A DNA stretch of 64,000 bases from Bacilli bacterium. GTDB lineage: Bacteria; Bacillota_I; Bacilli_A; RFN20; CAG-826. Position numbers and translations under genes: made by a program. The notes beneath the pieces are model-generated. The model was not told the DNA's origin. It made no database searches and worked only from the letters and a program-made list of their open reading frames with translations. The stretch spans positions 55,699 to 119,698 of the forward strand of contig JAKVOO010000001.1 of NCBI GenBank assembly GCA_022482735.1, in the 5' to 3' direction. Of the stretch, positions 38,777-51,058 are shown piece by piece; positions within the stretch are counted from its first letter, which is position 1, and the number at the start of each line of letters is the position of its first letter.

Positions 38777-40787
38777 TTATGAAGGTTGGAAGGGATTTGT
38801 TCCCGGACATTGGCAAAATGAGATTAATGTGCGCGATTTTATACAGAAAAACTATACTCCCTATGAGGGCGATGATGCTTTTTTAGTTGGAGTTAGTACA
38901 AATACACAAAAACTATGGCAAGAGGTTCTTAATTATAAAAAAGAAGAAAGTGCCAGAGGCGGAGTTTATGATGCTGACACTAAGGTCATATCAACAATTA
39001 CCTCACATGGTCCTGGATATATTGACAAGGAAATTGAAAAAGTGGTTGGCTTACAAACCGATAAGCCTTTTAAAAGATCACTTCAACCTTTTGGCGGTAT
39101 ACGGATGTCGGAAAGTGCGCTTAAGGCGTATGGATATACAATCGACCCTGAAGTGGAAACTGTTTTCTCACTTTATCGTAAGACTCATAATCAGGGAGTT
39201 TTTGATGCCTATAATGAAGAGATTAGAGCCGCGCGTCGAAGCGGGATTATTACCGGATTACCCGATGCATATGGTCGAGGAAGAATTATTGGCGACTATC
39301 GCCGGGTTGCCTTATATGGCATCGATCGTTTAATTGAGGCAAAAGAAGCCGATAAAAATTTAATCGTATCGCCATTTACTCCGGAGAAAATTCGTGATCG
39401 GGAGGAAATAACCGATCAGATTAATGCACTCAAAGCGATCAAGACGATGGCGCAAACATATGGAGTAGATATTTCTTTGCCGGCTAAAACAGGGCAAGAA
39501 GCTACTCAGTTTACTTATTTTGCTTACTTGGCGGCAATTAAAGAACAAAATGGCGCGGCTATGTCTTTAGGCCGGGTATCAACATTTCTTGATATTTATT
39601 TTGCTCGCGACTTACAAAACGGAAAAGTTACGGAAGTCGAAGTTCAGGAGATTATCGATCAATTTATTATGAAACTGCGGATGGTTCAATTCATGCGCAC
39701 TCCGGAATATAATGACTTATTTAGCGGTGATCCTACTTGGGTGACGGAATCAATCGGGGGAATGGGGGTCGATGGAAGGACACTGGTTACCAAAACTTCT
39801 TATCGTTTCTTGCAGACTCTAATCAATCTTGGACCCGCACCCGAACCCAATCTAACAGTCTTATGGTCGACAAATTTACCTAAGAATTTCAAGCGCTTTT
39901 GTGCCCGGATATCGATTGAGACTTCCTCAATTCAATATGAGAGCGATGATTTAATGCGTCCCGAAATGGGGGATGACTATGGTATTGCATGTTGTGTATC
40001 GGCCATGCGCATTGGAAAAGATATGCAATTTTTCGGCGCCCGCGCCAATCTAGCAAAAGCTTTGCTTTATGCGATTAATGGCGGCAAAGATGAGAAGACG
40101 GGAGCGCAAGTTGCTCCGCTATATGCTCCAGTAATAGGCGAGGTTTTGGATTTTGATGAAGTTATGCTTAAGTATGATCAAATGCTCGAATGGCTCGCTC
40201 GGGTCTATTGCGACGCGCTAAACATTATTCATTATATGCATGACAAGTATTCCTACGAGGCCGCTCAGATGGCTTTACATGATCGTGAAGTTCGCCGATT
40301 CTTTGCCACAGGAGTAGCTGGACTGTCGGTAGTAGCGGATTCGCTTTCGGCAATAAAATATGCGCGCGTATTTCCGATTAGAAATAGCGATAATATCACT
40401 ACTGATTTCCGTATTGAAGGCGATTTTCCAAAGTATGGAAATAATGATGATCGGGTTGATTTAATAGCCCAAGATCTCGTCCATCGCTTTATGGATAAGA
40501 TCCGCAAGCAGTTTCATTATCGCAATAGTGTCCCTTCAATGAGCATTTTGACGATTACTTCTAATGTTGTATATGGAAAGAAAACCGGAGCAACGCCCGA
40601 CGGAAGAGCGGCTGGACAGCCATTTGCTCCAGGGGCAAATCCGATGCACGGTCGGGATAGTAATGGGGCTTTAGCCGCTCTTCAATCGGTAGCAAAGCTT
40701 CCCTATGACGATGCCCGGGATGGCATATCGAATACATTTTCAATTATTCCCGGGGCACTGGGAAAACTGGATAAGGAGGAGAAATAA
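38769..40787 (+). CDS. pflB: pyruvate formate-lyase, catalytic core lacking the glycyl-radical C-terminal domain (672 aa)
   Basis: The N-terminus [25 protein letters not shown] and the active-site CCVS (GIACCVSAM) match PflB. The ORF ends at TAA 40785-40787, at the linker just before the glycyl-radical domain. Confidence 0.88.
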   Translation: MDNYEGWKGFVPGHWQNEINVRDFIQKNYTPYEGDDAFLVGVSTNTQKLWQEVLNYKKEESARGGVYDADTKVISTITSHGPGYIDKEIEKVVGLQTDKPFKRSLQPFGGIRMSESALKAYGYTIDPEVETVFSLYRKTHNQGVFDAYNEEIRAARRSGIITGLPDAYGRGRIIGDYRRVALYGIDRLIEAKEADKNLIVSPFTPEKIRDREEITDQINALKAIKTMAQTYGVDISLPAKTGQEATQFTYFAYLAAIKEQNGAAMSLGRVSTFLDIYFARDLQNGKVTEVEVQEIIDQFIMKLRMVQFMRTPEYNDLFSGDPTWVTESIGGMGVDGRTLVTKTSYRFLQTLINLGPAPEPNLTVLWSTNLPKNFKRFCARISIETSSIQYESDDLMRPEMGDDYGIACCVSAMRIGKDMQFFGARANLAKALLYAINGGKDEKTGAQVAPLYAPVIGEVLDFDEVMLKYDQMLEWLARVYCDALNIIHYMHDKYSYEAAQMALHDREVRRFFATGVAGLSVVADSLSAIKYARVFPIRNSDNITTDFRIEGDFPKYGNNDDRVDLIAQDLVHRFMDKIRKQFHYRNSVPSMSILTITSNVVYGKKTGATPDGRAAGQPFAPGANPMHGRDSNGALAALQSVAKLPYDDARDGISNTFSIIPGALGKLDKEEK

Positions 40788-41021
40788 ATGAGTGATCGAA
40801 TTGATAATTTGGTTGATATGATTGATGGTTATGTTGAAAATGGTGGTCATCACCTTAACGTTAATGTTTTTAATCGCGAAACTTTACTCGATGCTCAAAA
40901 GCATCCAGAAAAATATCCGCAATTGACGATAAGAGTATCGGGCTATGCGGTAAATTTTCATAAGTTGACAAAAGAACAACAGGATGAAGTTATTGCCCGG
41001 ACAATGCATGATCATATGTAA
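40788..41021 (+). CDS. stand-alone glycyl-radical domain (GrcA/YfiD-like, 77 aa) corresponding to the PflB C-terminus
   Basis: [56 protein letters not shown] contains the RVSGYAV glycyl-radical motif. The ATG directly follows the TAA in the same frame as pflB, and the SD aaggagg (40773-40779) sits 8 nt upstream. Confidence 0.85.
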   Translation: MSDRIDNLVDMIDGYVENGGHHLNVNVFNRETLLDAQKHPEKYPQLTIRVSGYAVNFHKLTKEQQDEVIARTMHDHM

Positions 41022-41076
41022 AAGGAAACACATGTTTCCTTTTTTTTATTAAATTCATGGTATAATCAATTTTATC

Positions 41077-41898
41077 ATGAAGCATAAATTTTACCTTTCA
41101 CCAATAAGAAAAAAACGGGTAATCGAAATTGATTTTTTACGTGGTTTTGCCGTTTTATTGATGATTTTGGATCATATGATGTTTGACTTTATGGATTATC
41201 CTTCTTGGGTCAGCAACTTCAGTCAAGTTAATAACAGTATCTTCAATGCTTTGAACAATTTTGGAACGATGATTTTCACCTCATCTTGGCGTCTAGCCGG
41301 CCACTATATTTTTGCCTCGCTATTTATTTTAATTAGCGGAATATCGTCGACCTTTTCTCATTCCAATTTAGATCGCGGACTAAAACTTTCATTCGTGGCC
41401 ATTATGCTAACCTTAGTAACCCATACAATTCAAACCACAATTGGTTTAGAAATTGGAATTTATATGGGAATCTTACATGTATTGGCCATCGCTATTATCC
41501 TTTATGGACTGGTGGATTTACTAATAGATAATAAATGGGTTGATTTAGCCATTGCTATCGTTTTTGCCGTTCTTACATATTTTATTGTTGACTGGAATGC
41601 TCGATATATTTCGCCTGACTCAATTATGAATAATTTAGGTGACTTTTTACTTGGCCGGGTAATTTCTGGCGCAGATTACATTCACTTGCTTCCAACTATT
41701 GCCTTGATGTTTTTGGGTAGTTTTATTGGTAAGACAGTTTATGCAAAAAAGAAATCACTATTTTCCCTTCACCATACCGCGTGGACAAAGCCAGTCATCT
41801 TTTTGGGAAAACACGCTTTAGCGATATATGTTCTTCATCAGGTCATAATCGCCTCAATTTTATTTTTAATTGGTTACTTAGTTGGGTATCGATTATAG
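41077..41898 (+). CDS. DUF1624 / heparan-alpha-glucosaminide N-acetyltransferase-like membrane acyltransferase
   Basis: N-terminal RVIEIDFLRGFAVLLMILDH and a multi-TM topology. Confidence 0.55.
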   Translation: MKHKFYLSPIRKKRVIEIDFLRGFAVLLMILDHMMFDFMDYPSWVSNFSQVNNSIFNALNNFGTMIFTSSWRLAGHYIFASLFILISGISSTFSHSNLDRGLKLSFVAIMLTLVTHTIQTTIGLEIGIYMGILHVLAIAIILYGLVDLLIDNKWVDLAIAIVFAVLTYFIVDWNARYISPDSIMNNLGDFLLGRVISGADYIHLLPTIALMFLGSFIGKTVYAKKKSLFSLHHTAWTKPVIFLGKHALAIYVLHQVIIASILFLIGYLVGYRL

Positions 41899-41906
41899 GA
41901 GGACTT

Positions 41907-43508
41907 ATGAATCTATATGAAATTTTAGCGAAAACCGCTGCCAAATATCCGGCCCGTTCGGCTTTATATTATGAAGGTAAACACTGGACATACCGTCAGT
42001 TGATAAACGAGATTGACCTTGCCGCTCAAAAGATGGCTGGACTAGGAATTAAAGAAGGCGAGGTAATCGCCCAATGTATGCCCAATTGCCCAAGTTCAGT
42101 TTTTATTTTTTATGCATCCGCTAAACTGGGGGCGATAAGTTATTTAATTCATCCTCTATCTCCCGTTAAACAAATTATTAAATTTATGGAGAAAAGCCGT
42201 TCGCAAAAGATATTTATTTTGAATGTGTTTTCGTCTTCTCTTACTCCCATGCTTCACCAGCAAGGATATCAGGTTATTGCCGTTAATCCCTATGCTCGAG
42301 TATCGTTATTTAAATCAGCGCTAGCTTTAGCTAAAGCCAAGGGTAATCACCGTGCTAAATCATTCTTTTTTGCTCCCAAAGGTAAAATTAAAACCATCAC
42401 GCGCACTGATACTCAAACGGCTGTTTATTTGAATTCCGGGGGAACAAGCGGCGATCCTAAAATAATCGAACTTTCAAGTAAGGCCATTAATGCACTGGCA
42501 TTAGAGGGTTTTAATATTGTCGGTAGCGACAATCCGGAAATGTTTAAAATGCTGGCCGTACTTCCACTTTTTCATGGCTTTGGTTTATGTATGGGATTAC
42601 ACGCTCCTTTAGTTTTGGGCGGACAAGCAACTCTACTTACAAAGTTTAAAGCACCAGTGGTTAACAAATTAATTCTTCAAAATGAAGTGAAGATAATCAT
42701 CGGCGTGCCGACGCTTTTTACAGCCTTATTAAACAGTGATGGTTTTGCTGGACCGCACTTACAAAATTTAGCCGTGGCCTATATCGGTGGCGACTCGGTT
42801 CCTCAGTCACTACTAGATCGTTTTAATTCTTTGATGAAAAAATACAATTCTCCGGCACGGCTGCTTGAGGGCTATGGTCTTACAGAAACGGTAACAGTTA
42901 ATGCTGTCAATACACTGACCAGCAATCGACTTCATAGCGCGGGAAAACCCTTAGGTATCATCGATATCAAAATACTTGATTTGGAGTCTCATCAGGAAGT
43001 TAAGCCCAATGAATTAGGAGAGATAGCCGTTAAAGGACCGACGATGATGAATGGCTACCTGGATGATGAAATGACGACTGCCAAAACTTTTTATGATATT
43101 CCGGGTGCCGGCCAATACATATTGACTAAAGATATCGGTTATTTAGATAACGATGGCTATCTATTTTTTCGGCAACGAATTAAACGCATCATAAAGGTTA
43201 ATGGCATTAATGTCTTTCCAACCGATATCGAACGGATTGTGCTGAATTTTCCCGAGGTTTTTGAAGCCTATGTTATCGGCATAACTGATCAGCGTTTAGG
43301 CTCAATCGCCCGTTTATTCTTATCCCTTAATAAAGATTACACGAACGTGAATCCAAATGAACTAAAAGCGAAAATTGTCGAAAAAATAAAAGAAGAGATG
43401 CCTGTTTATGCTTTACCTAAGGACATCATCATCCTCGAGCATCTACCAAAAACTTCAGTTGGAAAAATTGATCTAACTAAATTAACTAGTTATGAAGAAA
43501 ACCGTTAA
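41907..43508 (+). CDS. AMP-dependent synthetase/ligase (acyl-CoA synthetase family)
   Basis: AMP-binding motif LNSGGTSGDPK, plus GYGLTET and the C-terminal PKTSVGKI. SD aggagg precedes ATG 41907. Confidence 0.85.
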   Translation: MNLYEILAKTAAKYPARSALYYEGKHWTYRQLINEIDLAAQKMAGLGIKEGEVIAQCMPNCPSSVFIFYASAKLGAISYLIHPLSPVKQIIKFMEKSRSQKIFILNVFSSSLTPMLHQQGYQVIAVNPYARVSLFKSALALAKAKGNHRAKSFFFAPKGKIKTITRTDTQTAVYLNSGGTSGDPKIIELSSKAINALALEGFNIVGSDNPEMFKMLAVLPLFHGFGLCMGLHAPLVLGGQATLLTKFKAPVVNKLILQNEVKIIIGVPTLFTALLNSDGFAGPHLQNLAVAYIGGDSVPQSLLDRFNSLMKKYNSPARLLEGYGLTETVTVNAVNTLTSNRLHSAGKPLGIIDIKILDLESHQEVKPNELGEIAVKGPTMMNGYLDDEMTTAKTFYDIPGAGQYILTKDIGYLDNDGYLFFRQRIKRIIKVNGINVFPTDIERIVLNFPEVFEAYVIGITDQRLGSIARLFLSLNKDYTNVNPNELKAKIVEKIKEEMPVYALPKDIIILEHLPKTSVGKIDLTKLTSYEENR

Positions 43509-43569
43509 TAAATAATAGATTTATTATTCATAACCCGATATAATGTCTCTCATAGTCAGGAGATTAGTT

Positions 43570-44106
43570 ATGAAAATCAATCGTAGTCTACTTTTTGCGG
43601 CAGTTGGTATTGCTCTTGTTGCCGCGGTTTGGCAGGTTTTAGCAATTTTTGTCGGTAATACGAGTATTGGAGTTAATTTTCCCGCCGTTCATGCCATTGG
43701 CATTCCGGCATTCTTAGGATGGGCAAGTTACTATATTGCCGGAGGAAAATTCGCCACTCAAATTAAGGCCACGATAACCAATTTATCCGGCATGGTTTGG
43801 GGGGTAGTCATGATGGCCATTATTGTTTTCTTTGCTAGCAAAGGCTGGAATCAGTATTTGGGTGGCTTTTTGGCATTATTAGTCGGTGGTTTCTTTATTG
43901 TCTTTCAAGCCCACATTAAATATATCGGAAACATTCCTTTGATGTTTATGGGTTCAACGGCCTTCTTCGCTGTCTATAATGGTCAATGGATTGAATCGAT
44001 AATCGTTGTGATTATTGGGCTGTTCTGTGGAGGCTTTCTTGGTCTTTTTGGCCAAAAAATTGGCGAGTTTCTCGACGAAAAAGTCTTTAAGAAAACCAGC
44101 AAGTAA
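43570..44106 (+). CDS. hypothetical multi-pass membrane protein (DUF1097-like)
   Basis: SD aggag precedes ATG 43570. About 6 TM helices. Confidence 0.5.
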   Translation: MKINRSLLFAAVGIALVAAVWQVLAIFVGNTSIGVNFPAVHAIGIPAFLGWASYYIAGGKFATQIKATITNLSGMVWGVVMMAIIVFFASKGWNQYLGGFLALLVGGFFIVFQAHIKYIGNIPLMFMGSTAFFAVYNGQWIESIIVVIIGLFCGGFLGLFGQKIGEFLDEKVFKKTSK

Positions 44107-44159
44107 CCAAAATAAAAAGCAAGTTTTCGCTCTTGAAGAAAAACTTGCTTTTTTTCTAC

Positions 44160-44768
44160 TTATTTATTGTAATTATCTTCAACAACTTGCCAATCGAGAA
44201 CTTCAAAGAAATCCTTGATGTAATCACCACGTAGATTGCGGTGCTTTAGATAGTAGGCATGTTCCCACACATCAATGCCAAGAATTGGTGTCCATTCGCC
44301 ACTCGTTTCCATTAGAGGATTGTCTTGGTTTGGCGAGCTCGTTACTTTTAAGTCGCCATTTTTATTTTTTGATAGCCAAGCCCAACCTGAGCCAAACTGC
44401 TTTGTAGCTGCGTTAGTTAACTGCACCTTAAGGGCATCGACATTTCCAAACGTCGCATTAATTTTATCAAGGAGTTCTCCACTCGGGACTTTCTTTGGAT
44501 GGGCGGCTAAAGAAGCAAAATATAGGTTATGATTATAATAGCCTCCCCCATTGTTGCGCACGGCGGCTTGAACATCCTTAGGTAGTTTCTCAAGATGGGA
44601 CAGAATATCCACGATATCATCGTTAGTATTATTCGCCGTTTCTAAAGCGGCATTTAAATTTTTCGTATACCCCGCGTGATGCTTTTAATAATGCGTTTCC
44701 ATCGTCAGGGTATCAATGTAGGGTTCAAGGGCATTAAATTCATATTTTAATTCAACTTGTTTAAACAT
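44160..44768 (-). pseudogene. sodA: Fe/Mn superoxide dismutase with an in-frame TAA at codon 28
   Basis: The reverse strand from 44768 reads MFKQVELKYEFNALEPYIDTLTMETHY-TAA-KHHAGYTKNLN.... It runs in frame into ORF 44160..44612, which contains DVWEHAYYL. The stop lies at 44685-44687. Confidence 0.8.
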
Positions 44769-44897
44769 AATATATATTTCCTTTCATTAAGTTAGCAATT
44801 GCTAACTGATGATTATATTGTCGCTGATTAGGGTAAATAATTCAAATAATGTGCTTAAAAAAAGATGACCGCTAAAGCGATCATCTTCGAAAAACAA

Positions 44898-46205
44898 TCA
44901 ATCAGCTAAAGTTCCCATTGGATCCCAAGGCTTGAGATGGATTACATCAGTATCAAGCGCTGATATAGCTTCGGGAGTAAGGTATTTTTTGTGAACTACC
45001 GCCTGATAGGCAAATTGATCAAACCAGCTGCTGGAAGCAAGATAATACCCTTTATCTCCACTTTTATCTCCCCATGAATTCTCAATTTTCCATTTGGTCG
45101 GGGAATCATTGACTAAGTTAACACCCGTTAACAGCATCGCATGGTTCATCGCACTCGCCCGATAATCAAGGCGATGAGCTTTGGTATCCGTCAAATCAAG
45201 GCCAAAGAGATCTTGATAGGCGTATTGTTCATCGTCCCAAATTCCTTCATCGCGCGCGCCATAAAGGGCAACATCGCTTCCAAACCAAACAGGAGTTTGA
45301 TCCTTCAGTTGACTGACAATCGTCTTTTTAAATTCAGATAAAGGCAAATTTAAGTGTGTAACTGCCTCACCCTCAATGACGTTATTTAAATAATCAATCA
45401 CGAAGCGGTGGTAAAAGGGTTTATCATCGGTTGGTGAATTGATTAAGCTTACATAATCATCAAGATTAATTTTAACAAATTTATCATAGAAACTATGGGC
45501 ATTTAGATTGCGCTCAAAATGGTACTTGCCATCCTTATCCACATATTCAAAATCAAACTTGACTGGTGGTTCACCAAATGTGCTAGCTAATAAGGAATAT
45601 AATTCATCAAGAGCTTTTTCTTTTAATTTGGCAACATTGGCATTAGGTTCTCTTACTTCCGCCGCAAATTTCTTTAACCGTCGATCAATGAGATTATTGA
45701 CCATCGAAGTTGCCGAACTTGCAATAGTCTCTGGCATGGCATCTTGTGGAATAACGCCATACTTTTTAACTAAGTTGGCAAACATTGTCCACTGACCGCC
45801 ATCTTGAATCGAGGTTTGAAGGATAAACTGAACTAATCTATCATCAACTTCACGATCCTTTAAATCAATAATGGTTTCAAGGAAAAAATTAATTTTCTCC
45901 AGTTTGTCGTAAAAAGCGATGTAATTCTGCGATAGTTCAATGTTATTGACATTAGTAATATGCGCGGTTTCTTCGCGTAAGAAGTTCAATGCGGAAAATA
46001 TCCAGCATCTACCACTTTGTTTTTGGTTGGTCACTGGCAAGGTTTTTAAATCAATCGAAAAACGAAATTGATTATCGGCATGTTTTTTCATCACGCGGCT
46101 GGCATCGTTAATGGCCGTTTTAAAAAGAACGGTTTCCATAGCTAGTGAAACTGGCTTGTGACGAAAACTAGTATTCAGTTTTTTTAAGTCTTTTTCATTT
46201 ATCAT
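44898..46205 (-). CDS. pepC: aminopeptidase C (bleomycin hydrolase-like C1 cysteine peptidase)
   Basis: QKQSGRCWIFSALN active-site block and a C-terminal NSWG motif. Confidence 0.88.
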   Translation of the reverse strand: MINEKDLKKLNTSFRHKPVSLAMETVLFKTAINDASRVMKKHADNQFRFSIDLKTLPVTNQKQSGRCWIFSALNFLREETAHITNVNNIELSQNYIAFYDKLEKINFFLETIIDLKDREVDDRLVQFILQTSIQDGGQWTMFANLVKKYGVIPQDAMPETIASSATSMVNNLIDRRLKKFAAEVREPNANVAKLKEKALDELYSLLASTFGEPPVKFDFEYVDKDGKYHFERNLNAHSFYDKFVKINLDDYVSLINSPTDDKPFYHRFVIDYLNNVIEGEAVTHLNLPLSEFKKTIVSQLKDQTPVWFGSDVALYGARDEGIWDDEQYAYQDLFGLDLTDTKAHRLDYRASAMNHAMLLTGVNLVNDSPTKWKIENSWGDKSGDKGYYLASSSWFDQFAYQAVVHKKYLTPEAISALDTDVIHLKPWDPMGTLAD

Positions 46206-46353
46206 AAATAGTAATCTCCAATCTAATTGCTATTATATATCCTGATGGAAGTTGATACCACTTTTTTACTGCCTAAAATATAGAAATAAAACCACAATTG
46301 GTCTAAATAAAATTGCTGTTTCGTGATAAAATATAAACAATTAGGGAGATATT

Positions 46354-46803
46354 ATGGAAAAGAAAAAATTTGTCAGTGAAGAACAGTATAAAAAGTATCG
46401 TAACCGCTTGATTATTATTCTTGTAATTTCCTTTCTTGTCGGCCTTCCTTTGGTTATTTTTGGAATTATAAACATTATTGATTTTAACCCACTAGGAATG
46501 TTTCTTCTTTTTGTTGGGGCTATTTTCTCGTTTTTAGTTCCATTTGGAATTGGTGGTCTTCTTTTACAAAGGCCATTGTTGGCTTACTCTGCGAGCGCTT
46601 CGGCCCCGGTAATTAATGAGGGGGCGGAAGCTGTTTCTCCGGCAATCAAGACGGTATCGCGTTCGGTAATGGAGGGAATTCATTCCTATAATAATGATCG
46701 ATTAGAAACCGATCCTAAGGATTATGGATTCTGTGATAATTGCGGGCATAAATTAGATGATGACGACGTCTTTTGCCCGGTGTGTGGAAAGAAGGTTCGC
46801 TGA
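46354..46803 (+). CDS. membrane protein with C-terminal zinc ribbon
   Basis: Two TM helices and CDNCGHKL...FCPVCGKK. Confidence 0.5.
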   Translation: MEKKKFVSEEQYKKYRNRLIIILVISFLVGLPLVIFGIINIIDFNPLGMFLLFVGAIFSFLVPFGIGGLLLQRPLLAYSASASAPVINEGAEAVSPAIKTVSRSVMEGIHSYNNDRLETDPKDYGFCDNCGHKLDDDDVFCPVCGKKVR

Positions 46804-47498
46804 TGAAACTTCGGGAAGTCTTTAATGGCTATCAAGAAATAATTACGCTCGATACCGAAACCACGGGATTGAGTTTTGAGCAAAATCAGATTATTGAGCT
46901 TGGCGTGGTCAGGTATAAAGTTCTTGATGATGAACTCGTTTTTGTCGAGGAATTAAATGAGTTAATAAAGCTTCCACCTCAGGAAAATTTATCTCCGGAA
47001 ATTGTAAAACTAACGGGAATAACCGATGAAGACTTGTCAAAGAATGGTATTTTTATGAGTGAGGCCGCAAAAAAGCTTTATGCTATATTAACCCCGTCCG
47101 ACGAAAAAAACATTCTTTTTATCGCCTATAATGCTGCGTTTGATATGGCCTTTGTACGGAGCCTCTTTGCTCGTTTTTTAGTTGATTTTGAAAGTCTACC
47201 AATTGATTTTTTAGATGTTTTAACCATCTATAAAGACCGAGCTGAGTACCCCCATAAATTGAAGGATGCGATTGCTCATTATCAGCTTGAAGACAAAGTT
47301 GTTAATTCACATCGAGCGAGCGATGATGCTAAAGCCGCACTTGCGGTTTTGTTAGCAATGGCCGGTGAAAAAAATGACATTGGTCGCTATATCAATTTGT
47401 TCGGCTTTAACCCTAAGTATGCTCCTATGGCAACTTTTCAAAAAGTAATTAATCGCCCGCAAAATGCCAATTCAATTCCTTTATATGCAAACAAGTAA
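46803..47498 (+). CDS. DnaQ-like 3'-5' exonuclease
   Basis: Exo I ITLDTETTGL, Exo II YNAAFD and Exo III HRASDDA motifs. The ATG overlaps the upstream TGA. Confidence 0.8.
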   Translation: MKLREVFNGYQEIITLDTETTGLSFEQNQIIELGVVRYKVLDDELVFVEELNELIKLPPQENLSPEIVKLTGITDEDLSKNGIFMSEAAKKLYAILTPSDEKNILFIAYNAAFDMAFVRSLFARFLVDFESLPIDFLDVLTIYKDRAEYPHKLKDAIAHYQLEDKVVNSHRASDDAKAALAVLLAMAGEKNDIGRYINLFGFNPKYAPMATFQKVINRPQNANSIPLYANK

Positions 47499-47916
47499 TA
47501 AGAAATCGTGGATTCAATTCCTTAAATTTTTGCTTTTTTCAATTAGTGCAGGAGTAATTCAGGCATCGAGTTTTGCGTTGTTGGATGTTATTACCCCTTG
47601 GACCTATTGGCCCTGCTATCTTATATCGCTTCTTTTATCCGTATTATGGAACTTTACATTTAATCGTCACTTTACTTTTAAAGATAGTTCAAATGTTCCC
47701 CTCTCAATGGCTTTAGTTATCATCTTTTATGTGATATTTACTCCTCTATCAACCTGGTGGGGAGATAAATTAGATAATTTAGGGTGGGACTATTATGTTA
47801 TTTTGGCGATGACGATGGTGATAAATTTTATTACCGAGTTCTTCTATGACAAATATGTGGTTTTTCGCCATCAGCAAGATAAACGGAATTCTATCGTTGA
47901 TGAGCAGGAGTCATAA
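47485..47916 (+). CDS. GtrA family membrane protein
   Basis: Four TM helices and FLKFLLFSISAGVIQ / NFTFNRHFTF motifs. Confidence 0.65.
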   Translation: MQTSNKKSWIQFLKFLLFSISAGVIQASSFALLDVITPWTYWPCYLISLLLSVLWNFTFNRHFTFKDSSNVPLSMALVIIFYVIFTPLSTWWGDKLDNLGWDYYVILAMTMVINFITEFFYDKYVVFRHQQDKRNSIVDEQES

Positions 47917-47918
47917 TT

Positions 47919-48335
47919 ATGGAAGAGATTATTCTCACTAATATGTGCTTGGTATATGATAATGATAATAAGAGAGCGCTTTTTCTTTTACGAACAAAAA
48001 GCGATTGGCCAGGCTTAACTCTTCCCGGAGGACATATTGAGGAAAAAGAGGACCTACTTGATGCTGTCAAGCGCGAAGTATATGAAGAAACGGGACTCAA
48101 TATTTCTCATCCCGAATTAGTCGGCGTCTACTCCTGGACAAACTTTGGCCCTCACCGCCGCGATTTAACGCTTTTGTATCGTACAAGCAATTATGAGGGT
48201 GAAATAAATTCTTCAAGCGAAGGGAAAGTAATTTGGCTAACAATGGATGAGATAAAAAAATATCCATTAAGTAATGATTTTTCGGTGCTAACGGACATTC
48301 TTTTTCAAGGATTAAGTTTTCGCCCAAATATATAA
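47919..48335 (+). CDS. NUDIX hydrolase
   Basis: Nudix box GGHIEEKEDLLDAVKREVYEETGL. Confidence 0.8.
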   Translation: MEEIILTNMCLVYDNDNKRALFLLRTKSDWPGLTLPGGHIEEKEDLLDAVKREVYEETGLNISHPELVGVYSWTNFGPHRRDLTLLYRTSNYEGEINSSSEGKVIWLTMDEIKKYPLSNDFSVLTDILFQGLSFRPNI

Positions 48336-48347
48336 AAGGAGAAAAAT

Positions 48348-48764
48348 ATGCGTATTGCCTTAATTGCCCACGACAAGAAAAAAATTGCGATGATGGGGTT
48401 AGCGATGAAGTATCGCACGACCTTGGCGCAACATGAATTGTATGCAACGGGAACAACTGGCCAATTAGTGATGGAGCAAACTGGACTAAAGGTTCATTGT
48501 ATGAAATCGGGGCCACTCGGAGGAGATCAGCAAATAGGTTCAATGATTGCCGATGCCCAACTCGATTTAGTATTATTTTTGCGGGATCCGTTAACGGCGC
48601 AGCCGCACGAACCCGATGTTTCGGCTCTTCTTCGCCTTTGTGATGTGATTAATATTCCTTTGGCAACCAATATGGCTAGTGCAGAAATTATGCTTACGGC
48701 TTTATCTCGGCAGGAAATAATCTGCCAAAAAACCATTCCGCAAGATCGCAGTTCTCATAAGTAA
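48348..48764 (+). CDS. mgsA: methylglyoxal synthase
   Basis: [12 protein letters not shown]...ATGTTG...[10 protein letters not shown]...[12 protein letters not shown] are signature blocks. Confidence 0.9.
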   Translation: MRIALIAHDKKKIAMMGLAMKYRTTLAQHELYATGTTGQLVMEQTGLKVHCMKSGPLGGDQQIGSMIADAQLDLVLFLRDPLTAQPHEPDVSALLRLCDVINIPLATNMASAEIMLTALSRQEIICQKTIPQDRSSHK

Positions 48765-48776
48765 TGACATAAAAAA

Positions 48777-48805
48777 ATAGAGGCTCAACACCTCTATTTT
48801 TTTTA
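48777..48805. terminator. bidirectional rho-independent terminator between mgsA and eno
   Basis: An A-run, the hairpin atagagg-ctcaaca-cctctat, then a T-run. Confidence 0.75.
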
Positions 48806-48818
48806 TAGATAATTGTAA

Positions 48819-50117
<1,299 letters not shown>

Positions 50118-50439
50118 TCAATTTACCTCCTAATGTAGTTATTTAATGCGATACTATTATACAATGATTTTTAATCAATGGCACGTTATTTACGTATAAA
50201 TAACTAGGTAATTGATTATATTTTACAATCGAAAATTATCTTCAACGCAGTGGCTAAAATAATAGATATAAAAATACCGAAACATATAATATTTGCATAT
50301 TTAGTAATCTTGTATATAATTTACAACGTGAAATTTATGAAGCATCTTAAAAACGACATTCGGTTTTGGATATTTGTTTTCTTCGGCATATTATTTGTCG
50401 TTTATTTAATTCTGTTTTTAACGGGAAACAGCACTTCTT

Positions 50440-51033
50440 TTAGATAATATCCTTATTTTTTTTAAGAAACTCAAAGAGTTTTTTGGATGCTTTTGCTCGG
50501 TGAGAAAAAGTGTTTTTTTCATTTAATGAAGCTTCAGCAAAGGTTTTATTTAGTTGGTAAGAGAAAAAAATCGGATCATACCCAAAACCATCAATACCAA
50601 ATTCCCGGTGGGTAATTTCCCCGCGAGCAACGCCTTCAAAAACAAACTCTTTGTTGGCGTAAACAAGAGCGATCGCACAATGAAATGAGGCTCGTCGATT
50701 AGAACAATTTTCCAGCATATGCATTATGGCGCTGTTTTTTTCGCGATACGAATAATCTTCCATAAAACGATGTGAAAAAATACCCGGAAAACCATAAAGC
50801 GCATTGATGGTAATGCCGGAATCATCAGCAATAACCGGATAGGAAACTTGAGAAGCAATGGCCCGTGCTTTTATAAGTGCGTTCTGCTTAAAGTTCAGTC
50901 CATCTTCGATTACAGCATCCAAAGAGAGTCCAATGTCTTCAGAGGAAATAAATTCATATTCCAAACTGGAAAAAAGATTTTGATATTCTTTTATTTTGTT
51001 CTTATTACCGGTAGCCAAAACAATTTTTTTCAT
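50440..51033 (-). CDS. rdgB: XTP/dITP diphosphatase (RdgB/HAM1 family)
   Basis: ATGNKNKIKEY, GFGYDPIF and SHRAKA motifs. Confidence 0.88.
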   Translation of the reverse strand: MKKIVLATGNKNKIKEYQNLFSSLEYEFISSEDIGLSLDAVIEDGLNFKQNALIKARAIASQVSYPVIADDSGITINALYGFPGIFSHRFMEDYSYREKNSAIMHMLENCSNRRASFHCAIALVYANKEFVFEGVARGEITHREFGIDGFGYDPIFFSYQLNKTFAEASLNEKNTFSHRAKASKKLFEFLKKNKDII

Positions 51034-51058
51034 TAAACTCTCCCTCGACTTTACATTC

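Noticed and set aside
48097-48543. 148-aa minus-strand ORF
   Set aside because: It is antisense to the well-supported NUDIX and mgsA genes, has no RBS and its composition is implausible.
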